A stretch of 64,000 nt of DNA from Deltaproteobacteria bacterium (GTDB taxonomy: Bacteria; Myxococcota_A; UBA9042; CAIXZC01). Below, piece by piece: positions 35,403 to 44,948 of this stretch. The stretch's first letter is position 1. Each line of letters starts with the position of its first letter. A program made the translations under genes and the position numbers. The notes under the pieces are model-generated. The model saw nothing but the letters and a program-made list of their open reading frames with translations. It was not told the origin of the DNA and did not search any database. Location of the stretch: positions 4,018-68,017 of the forward strand of contig VGRX01000003.1 in assembly GCA_016875215.1 (NCBI GenBank). The letters are read 5' to 3'.

Positions 35403-36884
35403 ATGCAGTTGCTCCGCCGCATCTTCGGCATTCGCAAGGGCGAGTTGACCAAGGTCGCCGGGATGTTTTTTTTCTTCTTTCTTATTATTGCATCGTACTG
35501 GTTTCTGAAGCCGTTGCGGAGTCTGGTCACCGTGGAGAAGCTGGGGGCCGATTCGATCCGGGAGCTGAAGGTCCTGACCGCGTTCGTGTCCGCCGGGGTT
35601 GTGGTGGCGTATTCGCTGGCGCTGACGCGGTTCTCGCGGGAGCGCCTTACTCTGCTGGTTGTCGGGGCATTCTTCTGGGCCTTTCTACTGTTCGCGGCCG
35701 CTTTCGCGTGGCTTGATTACTCCAATATTGTATATTATTGTTTCTATATCGTAATAGATCTCTTCATTACGGTGAACCTGTCGGTCTTCTGGGCGTTCCT
35801 GGCGGACATCACGGATGCTGCGTCGGCCAGGCGGCTCTACGGGCTGATCGGGGCGGGAGGAGTCATTGGCGGGTTCTTCGGATCGGCCATGTGCAACCGG
35901 ATGGTGGACCGGGTCACGCCGAGCGAGATGATCCTCTACGTTGCGCTGGCCTATCTGTTGGTGCCGGTGACGGTCCTGATCGTCTCGCGACGGGTTCGCA
36001 GGTTGCCTGAGGTGGCGCAGGGGGTGATCGCGCGGGCGGGGCGGTCGCGGCTGGAGGATGCGCTGGCGGGGTTCAGGGTGGTGGTTTCCTCCAGGTATTT
36101 CCTGGGAATCTGTTTCGTCCTCGGTTGCTACGAGCTCCTGTCCGCGGTCAACGATTTCAGTTTTCACAAAGCGGTGGAGCTTTCGTTCCGCTCGGAGGGA
36201 GGGGCGCTGTCTCTCCTGGGGACCGCGCTCGACGGCTTCGACCAGTTCACGGGGCTGGATCTGACGAAGCTGCTCGACCGGCTGGGATGGAACGTGACGG
36301 GCGGGTCGATGGGGTCGTTCTTCTCCGGGTTCTTCCTGGCCATGAACCTGGTGGCGCTGGTGGTGCAGGTGCTCCTGACCTCGCTGGTGATCCGGCGAGC
36401 CGGTCTGACGGCAGGGCTGCTGGTGCTGCCGCTTACGCTGGTGGGGCTGTCCGCTGGATTCTTCGCACTGCCGGTGCTGGGGCTGGTCGAGCTGCTCTTC
36501 CTGGCGGACAATTCGTTGAACTACTCGATGAACCAGACATCCAGGGAGCTCCTGTTCGTTCCGGTCCGGCGCGAGGAGAAGTACCGGGCACTGGCTTTCG
36601 TCGACATGTTCGTGCTGAGGGCGGCCAAGGCGACGGCCGGGTTCCTGTTGTTGCTGCTGCCGCTGGTGCTGGAGGCGTTGGGGGGCGTGGGGATGGACGA
36701 TGCAGACATCTCCTCGCTGCGATGGTATATGTTGCTGACGGTGCCTCTTGGAATAGCGTGGAGCGTGGTGGCTGTGTTTCTCGGGCGCGGATTCCGGCAG
36801 CTCACCGCCCGGCCCGCCCCGTCCGGCGGGGATGCGGTTCGGGCCGACGTCCAGCCGGGGGCGCCGATGGAGGGTACGGAGTGA
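35403..36884 (+). CDS. TLC-family (ATP/ADP translocase, nucleotide transport protein-like) membrane transporter
   Basis: N-terminus RRIFGIRKGELTKVAGMFFFFFLIIASYWFLKPLRSLVTV follows the TLC/Npt pattern (IWPI..E.KKF.PM..MFF.I.NY..LR..KD); 12 predicted TMs; assignment from memory of the family pattern. Confidence 0.55.
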   Translation: MQLLRRIFGIRKGELTKVAGMFFFFFLIIASYWFLKPLRSLVTVEKLGADSIRELKVLTAFVSAGVVVAYSLALTRFSRERLTLLVVGAFFWAFLLFAAAFAWLDYSNIVYYCFYIVIDLFITVNLSVFWAFLADITDAASARRLYGLIGAGGVIGGFFGSAMCNRMVDRVTPSEMILYVALAYLLVPVTVLIVSRRVRRLPEVAQGVIARAGRSRLEDALAGFRVVVSSRYFLGICFVLGCYELLSAVNDFSFHKAVELSFRSEGGALSLLGTALDGFDQFTGLDLTKLLDRLGWNVTGGSMGSFFSGFFLAMNLVALVVQVLLTSLVIRRAGLTAGLLVLPLTLVGLSAGFFALPVLGLVELLFLADNSLNYSMNQTSRELLFVPVRREEKYRALAFVDMFVLRAAKATAGFLLLLLPLVLEALGGVGMDDADISSLRWYMLLTVPLGIAWSVVAVFLGRGFRQLTARPAPSGGDAVRADVQPGAPMEGTE

Positions 36885-36916
36885 GGAACAGCAGGGAGCG
36901 GGCGCGGGGGCCATCC

Positions 36917-37036
36917 GCCTCGGCATGTGGCATCTCATCTGCCTCGGCATGTGGCATCCCATCTGCCTCGGCATGTGGCATCCCATCTGCCACGGCATGT
37001 GGCATCCCATCTGCCTCGGCATGTGGCATCTCACGT
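36917..37036. repeat. Perfect 24-bp tandem repeat x5 (GCCTCGGCATGTGGCATCCCATCT), intergenic
   Basis: Five head-to-tail copies with 1-3 mismatches in outer copies; in-frame on both strands (GMWHPICL / MPHAEADG octapeptide repeats). Confidence 0.9.
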
Positions 37037-37081
37037 GACAAAGCAGTTTCGCTCGGTCTCCGTGGCGAAGCGGGGTGGACG

Positions 37082-38329
37082 ATGCGCGGTGGGCGGGGTC
37101 CCCTTCTCGGCCTGGCCGTGATGCTGCCGTGCCTCCTGCTCGCTCAGTTCCCGGCCCGTGCGCTGGCCGCGGAGCCGACCGTCTACCTGGTGACCATGCA
37201 TCCGGGGGAGGCGCTGTTCACCGGGTTCGGCCACATCGCGTTCCGCGTCGTGGATCCGGACGCGGGGACGGACGACGTGTACGACTACGGGACCTACGAG
37301 GCGGACGATCCGCTGCTGGCGTGGAAGTTCCTGGTCGGGACGCTCCCCTACTTCTGTTCCCACACGACCTACCAGGACATGGTGGCATGGTACTCTCAGG
37401 ATTTCGGCGGGATCGTGCTCCAGGAGCTGGTCCTGACCCCCGGGCAGGTCGGGCGGCTGCGCGCCCGGATCGCGCACGACTGCCTTCCCGAGAACGCTGC
37501 CTACCAGTACCACCATTTCACCAACAACTGCTCGACCCGGCTGAGGGACATCCTCGACGACCTCCTGGGCGGAGAGCTTTCCAGGGCCACGGTGGGGCGC
37601 GGCGCGGGAAGATCGATCAGGGACCTCATCGATTCCAGCATGGCCCGGTGGGAGTTCTCGATCACCCGGTGGGTCGTGTTCGGCCTGCTCAACTACGAGA
37701 TCGATTCCGAGGCGGACCGTTGGCAGCAGATGTTCCTGCCGTGGTACCTGGGCCGGGAGCTTGAAGGGCTTTCGCAGCCGGCCTTTCCGGGGACGCCGCC
37801 CCTGGTCCGTTCGCGCACCGTGGATCTTGGCCGCGATCGGGCCGAGCCCACTCTGCCGGGGCTCGGTTTCGGGATCGTGTTCCTGGCCCTGGTCGTCAGC
37901 GTGTGCTCCGTGCCGTTCGCGCTGCGACGACTCGGCAAGGTGGTGACTTCGGGCAGCTTCCCCGGGCCTCGCTGGGGCAACGCCCTGGCCCGTGCGCTGG
38001 TCCTGCTGGCCGGGCTTTTCGGCGGTCTCTACGGGGTGCTCCTCGCGTTCACGTGGATCGTGTCGCCCTACCCGGAGACCGGGCCCAACCTCACGCTGCT
38101 CTGCTTCCACCCGGTCCATCTGCTGCTGGTCGTTGCGGCCGTCCGCTGGAACCGGCAGCGTCTTGGTGCGCGCTTCGCCTGCCGCTACCTGCAGGTCGGG
38201 GTGGTTGTGTCGGCCCTTTGTGCGGTCACGAACGTGATCGGCCTCGAGCCGCAGCGGCTCTGGCCGTACGCCCTCGCCTGTCTGGCTGTTTGCGGGCCGT
38301 TGGCGCTGCACGGGAGGTCGGAGGGATGA
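37082..38329 (+). CDS. DUF4105 (Lnb N-terminal-like) domain membrane protein
   Basis: Signal peptide MRGGRGPLLGLAVMLPCLLLAQFPARALA; GHIAFRV and YQYHHFTNNCSTRLRD motifs typical of DUF4105; C-terminal TM helices. Confidence 0.55.
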   Translation: MRGGRGPLLGLAVMLPCLLLAQFPARALAAEPTVYLVTMHPGEALFTGFGHIAFRVVDPDAGTDDVYDYGTYEADDPLLAWKFLVGTLPYFCSHTTYQDMVAWYSQDFGGIVLQELVLTPGQVGRLRARIAHDCLPENAAYQYHHFTNNCSTRLRDILDDLLGGELSRATVGRGAGRSIRDLIDSSMARWEFSITRWVVFGLLNYEIDSEADRWQQMFLPWYLGRELEGLSQPAFPGTPPLVRSRTVDLGRDRAEPTLPGLGFGIVFLALVVSVCSVPFALRRLGKVVTSGSFPGPRWGNALARALVLLAGLFGGLYGVLLAFTWIVSPYPETGPNLTLLCFHPVHLLLVVAAVRWNRQRLGARFACRYLQVGVVVSALCAVTNVIGLEPQRLWPYALACLAVCGPLALHGRSEG

Positions 38330-39285
38330 GTTGCAGGCTCGTGCCCGCGCTGCTGGTCCTGGCGGCAGCAGTGCCCCCAGGTTGCCGCGACGCAGAGGAG
38401 GGGCGGGGCATCTCCGCAGCCACCGAATCTGCTGGATCCCGACCTGTATCGGAGGAGCCTCGCGGGCCGGAAGGCCGCGAGGTGTGCCGGCCGGCGCACG
38501 TGCGTACACGGTGCGTAAGTGCGGGCACGTCGGCCTGGCTGCCCGAGCCGGCTGTGGAGCGCGTCGTGGGGCAGGCATTGGAGAGGCGTTTCGGGCAGAC
38601 CGATGCTTCCTCCGCTGCCCTGGCGGTCGAGTACGCTCTCCGTTTTTCGCAGGGAGAGGGAGCGGGAACGGCGTTCCTCGGGATCGGGGGCCGGCTCCAC
38701 GGCTCCTCACCGACCGGCCCCATCGACCTTCGGGAGGAGGTCGCGGCGGACATCCCCTGGCCTGTCGAGTGCAGTATGAGCCCGCCCGGTCCGGCCGGTG
38801 GCGCCTGCCGCGACAGGCTCGAGGACGCGCTCGCGGCTCCGGTGGAGCGGATGGTGGGCCACCTGGCGACACGGTGCGAGCTGAGGTCGTGCGACAGGCG
38901 TCAGACAGGGCGCTTGCTCGGCTCGGACGACGAGTGGGAGCGGATCGAGGCGGTCCGGTCTGTCGGGGAATGCCGCTTCGAAGGAATGGCCGAGGGGCTG
39001 ATTCCCCTGCTCGATTCACCGGACGCTCGGGTGGCGCTTGCTGCCCTGGCAGCGCTCGGGCAGACCGGCTGGGCGGGCGGGGTTGCTGCCATCGTCCGCA
39101 GGTCGCAGGCAGCGGACGAGCGCATCCAGAGGGCAGCGGCCCAGGCACTGGCGGACATCGGTACCGCCCAGGCGCTTCGCTACCTGAACGACTGGGCAAG
39201 GTACCATCCCGACCCGTCGATACGCGATCTGTGCGCCGAGCTTGTCAGGAACGAAGGCGGAGCGGAACGGCGAGGGCCGCAATGA
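38326..39285 (+). CDS. HEAT/PBS-lyase-repeat lipoprotein, hypothetical
   Basis: ATGA overlap with previous gene; lipobox; C-terminal HEAT-like repeats (DARVALAALAALGQTG, DERIQRAAAQALADIGT). Confidence 0.65.
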   Translation: MSCRLVPALLVLAAAVPPGCRDAEEGRGISAATESAGSRPVSEEPRGPEGREVCRPAHVRTRCVSAGTSAWLPEPAVERVVGQALERRFGQTDASSAALAVEYALRFSQGEGAGTAFLGIGGRLHGSSPTGPIDLREEVAADIPWPVECSMSPPGPAGGACRDRLEDALAAPVERMVGHLATRCELRSCDRRQTGRLLGSDDEWERIEAVRSVGECRFEGMAEGLIPLLDSPDARVALAALAALGQTGWAGGVAAIVRRSQAADERIQRAAAQALADIGTAQALRYLNDWARYHPDPSIRDLCAELVRNEGGAERRGPQ

Positions 39286-40453
39286 GCACCAGGAGCAGCA
39301 GTGCGGCAGCGGGATTGCCCTGCCCGCCGGCGGAGCAGCCGTCGGACCCCTTCTCTTCTTCCTCTCCCACGGTCAGGCACTTCCCGTAGACCACTTTCTG
39401 CCCCTCAGGGCAGGCATAGGGGTCTTCCCCGTCAGGCGGGTCGGGCTCGATGTAGCCTTCCTCGCACATGAACGACTCGTTGCAGCCGAATCCCTCCTCA
39501 CAGGTGTCACAGATTCCGCCGCAGCCATCGCTGCCGCATGCCTTGCCCGCACAGGAAGGTATGCAAGGCACGTCGTCCTCCCCCGCAGCATCTTCCCCGG
39601 CATAGGGGCTGACGCAGAGGCCGTCTCCGCTGCACACGAGCCCGGCAGGGCAGTTGCCGCACGTGCTGCCGCATCCGTCCGATCCGCACTGTTTGCCCGA
39701 GCAGTCCGGAGGGCACGGCTCGTTCGACTCGCACTTCCCCTTCCAGTTGCAGAAGGACCCTTCCGGGCACGAGCCGCATTCTTTGCCGTTGTTGTCAAAG
39801 CCGCACTCCTTGTCCGCACACCCCGAGGCCTGGCCGCAGTCACCCGGGCAGTTGGTGGCATTCTCGCCGGCCTCGCAGGTCTCGTTGCCGCAGACCGCTG
39901 CGCCCCCGCAATCCGCCGGACAGCCCACCGACTCGCCCTGCTCGCAGATCCCATTGCCGCACTTGGTGCCGCCGCCGCAGTCCGCCGGGCAGGTCGCCGC
40001 ACTTTCGCCGGCCTCGCAGGCCCCATTGCCGCAATACGGGTTGACCCCTCCCCCGCCGCAGTTCATCGGGTTCTTGCCCGACGGATCGGGGGTCCCCGAA
40101 GTGGCGCAGTCGTAGTAGTTCCCCTGCGGCTGCCACCCGCACGACGGATTCTGGTTGCAGTCGATGGTCTTGAGCTGGTTGTCCTCGCAATACTTCAGGA
40201 GCTGCCCCTCACAGCACCCCTCGTAGGAGACGTTTCCGCATCCCTGTCCGGGGTTTCCGCCTCCGCATCCGCCGAGCGTAGGGCACGCGGTGCACACGTC
40301 GCCGCAGCAGTCGCCGAGGTCGAAGCAGGCATCGTCGCAATAGCAGGATCCATCCGGAGAGCCGCCACAGTTGCCCGAGCACTGCGCCTGCACAGGTTGC
40401 GATGCCAGGGCCAGCACGCACGTCACGAATACGCCGAGAAGAAGTCCCTTCAT
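39245..40453 (-). CDS. Secreted cysteine-rich-repeat protein (Myxococcus CxxGxCExGE repeats) with MYXO-CTERM sorting signal
   Basis: Start ATG 40453 with RBS GGGGAGGA (MKGLLLGVFVTCVLALASQPVQA); at least 5 repeats CGNGxCExGE...CPxDCG; C-terminus GCSAGGQGNPAAALLLLVLIAALAVPLRLRS. Confidence 0.85.
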   Translation of the reverse strand: MKGLLLGVFVTCVLALASQPVQAQCSGNCGGSPDGSCYCDDACFDLGDCCGDVCTACPTLGGCGGGNPGQGCGNVSYEGCCEGQLLKYCEDNQLKTIDCNQNPSCGWQPQGNYYDCATSGTPDPSGKNPMNCGGGGVNPYCGNGACEAGESAATCPADCGGGTKCGNGICEQGESVGCPADCGGAAVCGNETCEAGENATNCPGDCGQASGCADKECGFDNNGKECGSCPEGSFCNWKGKCESNEPCPPDCSGKQCGSDGCGSTCGNCPAGLVCSGDGLCVSPYAGEDAAGEDDVPCIPSCAGKACGSDGCGGICDTCEEGFGCNESFMCEEGYIEPDPPDGEDPYACPEGQKVVYGKCLTVGEEEEKGSDGCSAGGQGNPAAALLLLVLIAALAVPLRLRS

Positions 40454-40477
40454 AGCATCCTCCCCATCGCCGGCCGC

Positions 40478-40501
40478 AGTATACTCACTTTGGCATGCCA
40501 A
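40478..40501. promoter_or_regulatory. Two adjacent perfect palindromes AGTATACT (40478-85) and TTGGCATGCCAA (40490-501) in divergent intergenic region
   Basis: Read directly; between divergently transcribed genes 39245..40453(-) and 40626..41576(+). Confidence 0.3.
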
Positions 40502-40625
40502 GATCAACGGTTCCCTTTTCGAAAAAAGGCTTGCTACCGACCGCTCCCTGTGCTATCAAGTCCCCCCTGTTGGGTCATTGGAATCGGAAACTATGGGGCT
40601 GAGGCCCTGTGCAAAGGAGGACACG

Positions 40626-41576
40626 ATGAAGAGACTGATTGCGGTGTGCATGGTTGCGATGCTGGCGTTGGCGTTCGGCTGCAAGGAGAAGAGTTCGGCT
40701 GAGAAGGGGCAGGAAGCCCTCAAGCAGGTGAAGGTCCCCGAGACACCGGACAAGGTCATCACCGAGGGCATAGCGGCAATCAAGGCCGGCAACTTCGTGG
40801 CGGTCTACGCCATGTTGCCCGAGTCGTACCAGAAGGACGTCCAGGCCCTCTACAAGAAGTTCGGGGACAAGCTCGACGCCGAGATGTGGGGCAAGATCTG
40901 GGCCGTCCTGGAGAAGGCGGTCGCGGCTGCCAAGAAGCACAAGGACAAGCTCGCTCAGGGCGCTCCGGTTCCCCCGGCCGCATTTGACGTCGCCGAGCAG
41001 TTCCTGGCCTTGGCCAAGGAGTGCAAGCTCAATGACGGCAAGGCCATGAAGGAGCTCGACCTGGCCGGCTTCCTCGCGGACAACGGCAAGAAGCTCTCCG
41101 ACTTCGGCTGGAAGACTGCTGACACGTTCGCCAAGGAGCAGGCGGACGAGGCCAAGAAGATGCTCGACAGCATCAAGGCTGAAGTGAAGGAGACCAAGGA
41201 GAACGATGCCGTCGTCGTCATCACGGTCGGCGAGGAGAAGCAGGAGATCCCGTTCGTGAAGGTCGAGGGCAAGTGGATTCCCAAGCCCCTCGCCGACGAC
41301 TGGAAGCAGGTCATCGAGAAGGCCAACAAGGATCTCGATGAGGGTCTGGCCCAGCTCGACAAGAACAAGGCCCAGATCGACGGCATGCTGAAGGGGCTGG
41401 ACGAGGCCATCACGAAGTTTGATGCCTCCGGCAACCTTGCTGACGTCATGGGCAGCCTCGGCCCGATGATGGGCGGCATGATGGGCGGCCCCGGCGGCAT
41501 GCCCGAGGAGCCCCCGGCAGAGGCCCCGGCGGAAGCCCCGGCGGAAGCCCCGGCGGAAGCCCCGGCTGCCAACTAG
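40626..41576 (+). CDS. Lipoprotein, hypothetical, with C-terminal GGMMGG and (PAEA)n low-complexity tail
   Basis: Start ATG 40626 (RBS AAGGAGG), lipobox LAFGC. Confidence 0.7.
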   Translation: MKRLIAVCMVAMLALAFGCKEKSSAEKGQEALKQVKVPETPDKVITEGIAAIKAGNFVAVYAMLPESYQKDVQALYKKFGDKLDAEMWGKIWAVLEKAVAAAKKHKDKLAQGAPVPPAAFDVAEQFLALAKECKLNDGKAMKELDLAGFLADNGKKLSDFGWKTADTFAKEQADEAKKMLDSIKAEVKETKENDAVVVITVGEEKQEIPFVKVEGKWIPKPLADDWKQVIEKANKDLDEGLAQLDKNKAQIDGMLKGLDEAITKFDASGNLADVMGSLGPMMGGMMGGPGGMPEEPPAEAPAEAPAEAPAEAPAAN

Positions 41577-42796
41577 TTTCTCTCCCCCTGCAGTTTTCTA
41601 CTGAGCAATCCTGAGACAAGCGCAAGCAGCAGAACCAGCGGCGCACTCGACTGTCCGCTGCCGGTACCGCACCCGCCCTTCGACGTCCTGATCAGGTGCA
41701 GCGGAGGGGAATCGGCCGGCTCGCCAGGACCGTCGGCCGGCGGCAAGCGGGCCTCCCGGGCATCGTTCATGACGCCCGAGAAGTCGTCGGTGCCGTCGCG
41801 GTCGGCCTCGATGGTCCCCGAGTCGGCAGACGTCCTGTCTTCTCCATCGTGAGTCGCGACGGTCTCGACTCCTTCCGGCCAGATCTCCGGCTGTCCCTGG
41901 ATGTCGCCTGCATCTACGGGGGCCTCGTCGGCAGAAACCTCCCCCAGCGGATCGTTCGGGAAGGAGTCGCATACGTCCACGCACGGCTCGGGGCCCGGGG
42001 GTGCGTTGTCGTTCTTGCCCCCACCGTCCAGCGCCGCCACCAGGTAGCCCACCGTCTCTTCGCTCGTCAGAATCAGGGCGTGGCCCACCACCGACTTCAT
42101 CTGGACGTTGAGGGCCCCTTCCAGCTTGGAGTTGGTCGATGGAACCACGATCTCGTCCAGCGCAGTCCAGATCGATGTGTACCGGATCGGGTCCCACGGA
42201 GTCTGGTCGCACCCGTTCAGCTCGAGCAGGAACGGATTGTCCTTCCAGGCATCGGCCTGACTGCCGACGCACAGCGCATCCGCACCGCAGGAGACCGGCT
42301 CGAGGCAGGCCATCACCGACCCCAGGTTCGCACCGGCGATCGACACGAAGTCGTTCACGCGGCCGTAGCCGCACAGATGGCGGATCCACCAGCGGGAATC
42401 CACGCACCCCATGCTGTGGCAGGCGATGTCGAACCGCTCCTTGCCGGTCCAGGCCATCAGCTCCTGGGCGTGGGCTTCTATCTCCTCGCCGTGCTTCGGG
42501 TTGCAGCCGAACACGCTCTCGAACTGAAAGGAGAAGAGGTACTCCTCCGGCCACCCTTGCTCCACCAGCCGCTTCTTGAGGAAGCTCCAGGTACCGGCTT
42601 CGCCCAGGAAGTAGCCGTGGACGAACAGCACCGGATCCTTCGAGTAGTCCGGCTCGGCCGCCGCAACCGTCAATGGAAGCAGCAGCAGGAGCGTTGCCGG
42701 AAACCAGGTGTGCCACCGGGAGATCTGAGCCACGTTCCCCCCACGCCGGGCATGAACCGACCCTTCTTTGTGAATGTACAGTCCCTGAACCCGCAC
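41573..42796 (-). CDS. Secreted alpha/beta-hydrolase (lipase/esterase, PGAP1/class-2 lipase-like) with MYXO-CTERM
   Basis: Nucleophile elbow CHSMGC (GxSxG-like HSMG), signal peptide WFPATLLLLLPLTVAAA, C-terminal GGCGTGSGQSSAPLVLLLALVSGLLSRK; alternative GTG start at 42733. Confidence 0.75.
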   Translation of the reverse strand: MRVQGLYIHKEGSVHARRGGNVAQISRWHTWFPATLLLLLPLTVAAAEPDYSKDPVLFVHGYFLGEAGTWSFLKKRLVEQGWPEEYLFSFQFESVFGCNPKHGEEIEAHAQELMAWTGKERFDIACHSMGCVDSRWWIRHLCGYGRVNDFVSIAGANLGSVMACLEPVSCGADALCVGSQADAWKDNPFLLELNGCDQTPWDPIRYTSIWTALDEIVVPSTNSKLEGALNVQMKSVVGHALILTSEETVGYLVAALDGGGKNDNAPPGPEPCVDVCDSFPNDPLGEVSADEAPVDAGDIQGQPEIWPEGVETVATHDGEDRTSADSGTIEADRDGTDDFSGVMNDAREARLPPADGPGEPADSPPLHLIRTSKGGCGTGSGQSSAPLVLLLALVSGLLSRKLQGERN

Positions 42797-42808
42797 CGCA
42801 AGTGCCGG

Positions 42809-44920
42809 CTACCGGTCGAGCCCCAGGAGTCGCTTGAGGATGGTGTCCAGGAGCCCGTCACGGCCGAGCCGTTCGCCTTCGTCCGCTGGCGAAGCCGTCT
42901 GCCAGGACAGGCGTTCGGCAGCCGGCTGGGCCGGCAGCGGCTCCGTCGGCCGGGGGGCCGTGTAGTCGCGACGTGTCTGCCCCTCCTCCGAAAGTGGGCC
43001 TTCCACCGCGGGCTTGCGGATGTCGTCCTGCGGCCGCGGGTCAGGCCGGCCGGACGGAGCGGGAAGAGGGGGAGGTTCGTCCGCAGGGGCCTGATCCTGC
43101 ACCGTTTCGGCCTGGATCGGCTCCATGTCTCCGTTCCGGCTGCGCCTGCCCCGGCGTCTCCGGCGCTTGCCCCGCGGTTCCGTGCCCGGCTGCGGCGCAT
43201 CATCGGGGGCTTGCGGCCCAGCCGCGTGTGTTGCCTCCGGTTGGGGCGGCGCCTGGACCTCTCCTGCCTCGGCCTGCGGCTTCTCCGGCTCCCCCTGCTT
43301 GCGGCCACGGTCGCGACCTCGCTTCTCGCGGGCCTTGCCCTTCGGTGGAGCCTGCGCTGCCTGTGCGTCCGGTTGCGCCCTCTCTGCTGCTTTGGCTTCC
43401 ACCCGAGGCTGGACAGAAACCGGTTCGACCGCCTGAACATCGACAGGAGCCGGTGGCTTTTTCGTCGGCAACTCCTGGCGGGAGGACTCGATGGTCTCCT
43501 GGACGATGTCCGCACGCCCGAGGATGACGACCTTGATCCCGTGCTGTCGCTCGAGATCGAGCAGCAGGCCGCGCAGGCTGTTGTGCATGAAGTTCGCGAC
43601 CTCGACGGGCGCAGTCACGGTGATGGTGTCCGCGTCCCCGGAGACCGCCACTTCCCGGATCCGCCGGAGCACGTGAAGACCCATGGAGGGCACCGTCCTG
43701 ACGTAGCCGACGCCGCCGCACCGGCTGCACGATTCGGTGGCCCGGGAGACCATGCCCGAGCGCAGCTTCTGCCGCGTCATCTCCAGCAATCCGAACTGTG
43801 AGATCCGGCCGAACGAAACCTTGGCCTTGTCGTTCTTGAAGCACTCCTTCAGGTGCTGCTGGACCTGGTTGCGGTTCTTCTGCTGGTACATGTCGATGAA
43901 GTCGATGACGACCAGGCCCCCCAGATCGCGAAGCTGGCACTGGCTTGCAATCTCCTGGGCCGCCTCCATGTTGGCGCGCAGCGCCGTCTCCTCGATATCC
44001 TTCTCCCGGTGCCTGCCCGAGTTCACGTCGACCGCGATCAGGGCCTCGGTCTTGTCGATGACGATGCGTCCCCCCGAAGGGAGGGGCACGTCGCGCAGGA
44101 ACATCTTCTCGATCTGCCCCTCGACGTTGTACCGCACGAACAAGGGAATCCGGTCCGTGTAGTGCTTGAGCATCTTCCTGTACTTGGGCATGACCACGGT
44201 CAGGAAGCCGTCGACCTCCTTCTTCAGGGCCTCGTCGTCGACCACGATCTCGTTGACGTCCGTCGTGAGGTACTCCCGCAGGAAACGGATGGAGAGGCTC
44301 TGCTCCTGGAGGACGAGCGACGGGGACGGGCTCTCGTTGTAGACCGCCTCGATCTGGTTCCACACCTTGACGAGCTCCGTCAGGTCCTTGAGCAGCTCCG
44401 CCTTCTTGCGGTCTGCTCCAGCGGTCCGGACGATGACCCCGAAGCCCTCCGGGATCTCCACCTCCTCGATGATCTCGCGCAGTCGCTGCCGCTCTTCCTC
44501 GGGCAGCTTCTTGGAGATGCCCGTCTTCTCGACCGCGGGCATGAGGACCACGTAGCGGCCGGGCAGGGAGATGCAGGTGGTGAGCATGGCTCCCTTGTCG
44601 CCCACCGGATCCCTCAGGACCTGGACCAGGACGGTCTGGCGGCGGCTGAAGATCTCCGACATGTGGGGACGCTTCGGGAAGCCATCGAGGATGGCGGGAT
44701 GCACGTCGTTGATGGAGAGGAACCCTTCCTTGCCGGTCCCGATGTCGACGAACGCGGCATTGAGCGACCTCGAGATGTCGCTCACGGTCCCCTTGTAGAT
44801 GTTGCCGATGGTGCTGCTCCCGGAGGTGCCTTCGGCGTCGATGTTGACGAGTTGTCCGGAGGCGAGGAGGCAGGCTCGGGTCTCCCCCCCCCTCCCGGCT
44901 GATCAGAATCGCTTCTTCAT
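42809..44920 (-). CDS. rne: Ribonuclease E (S1 + catalytic domain, Arg-rich C-terminal scaffold); N-terminus interrupted by in-frame TGA at codon 6
   Basis: FLSINDVHP, AAFVDIG, DVNSG and FIDMY motifs align to RNase E/G; track ORF starts at GTG 44785 but conserved N-terminus (GNIYKG, LASGQLVNIDAEG) continues upstream in same frame to ATG 44920 (RBS AGGAAG) with TGA at 44903-44905. Confidence 0.85.
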
Positions 44921-44948
44921 GTAGCGGAACTTCCTATGTTGAGTTGGT

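Noticed and set aside
36917-37036. 24-bp tandem array considered as a CRISPR array
   Set aside because: Repeats are contiguous with no spacers, and no cas genes nearby
36802-37041. Minus-strand 79-aa ORF (TTG start) encoding MPHAEADG repeats
   Set aside because: No RBS, rare start, and it overlaps the transporter stop; kept only as a hypothesis under the repeat finding
36125-38329. 734-aa extension of the DUF4105 ORF back across the 24-bp repeat and transporter 3' end
   Set aside because: The upstream part is Arg/Gly-rich junk overlapping the transporter; the genuine start is ATG 37082 with a signal peptide
44903-44905. Selenocysteine as explanation for the rne TGA
   Set aside because: Homologs have a hydrophobic residue, not Cys, at this position, and no SECIS-like hairpin follows; an error or nonsense change is more parsimonious
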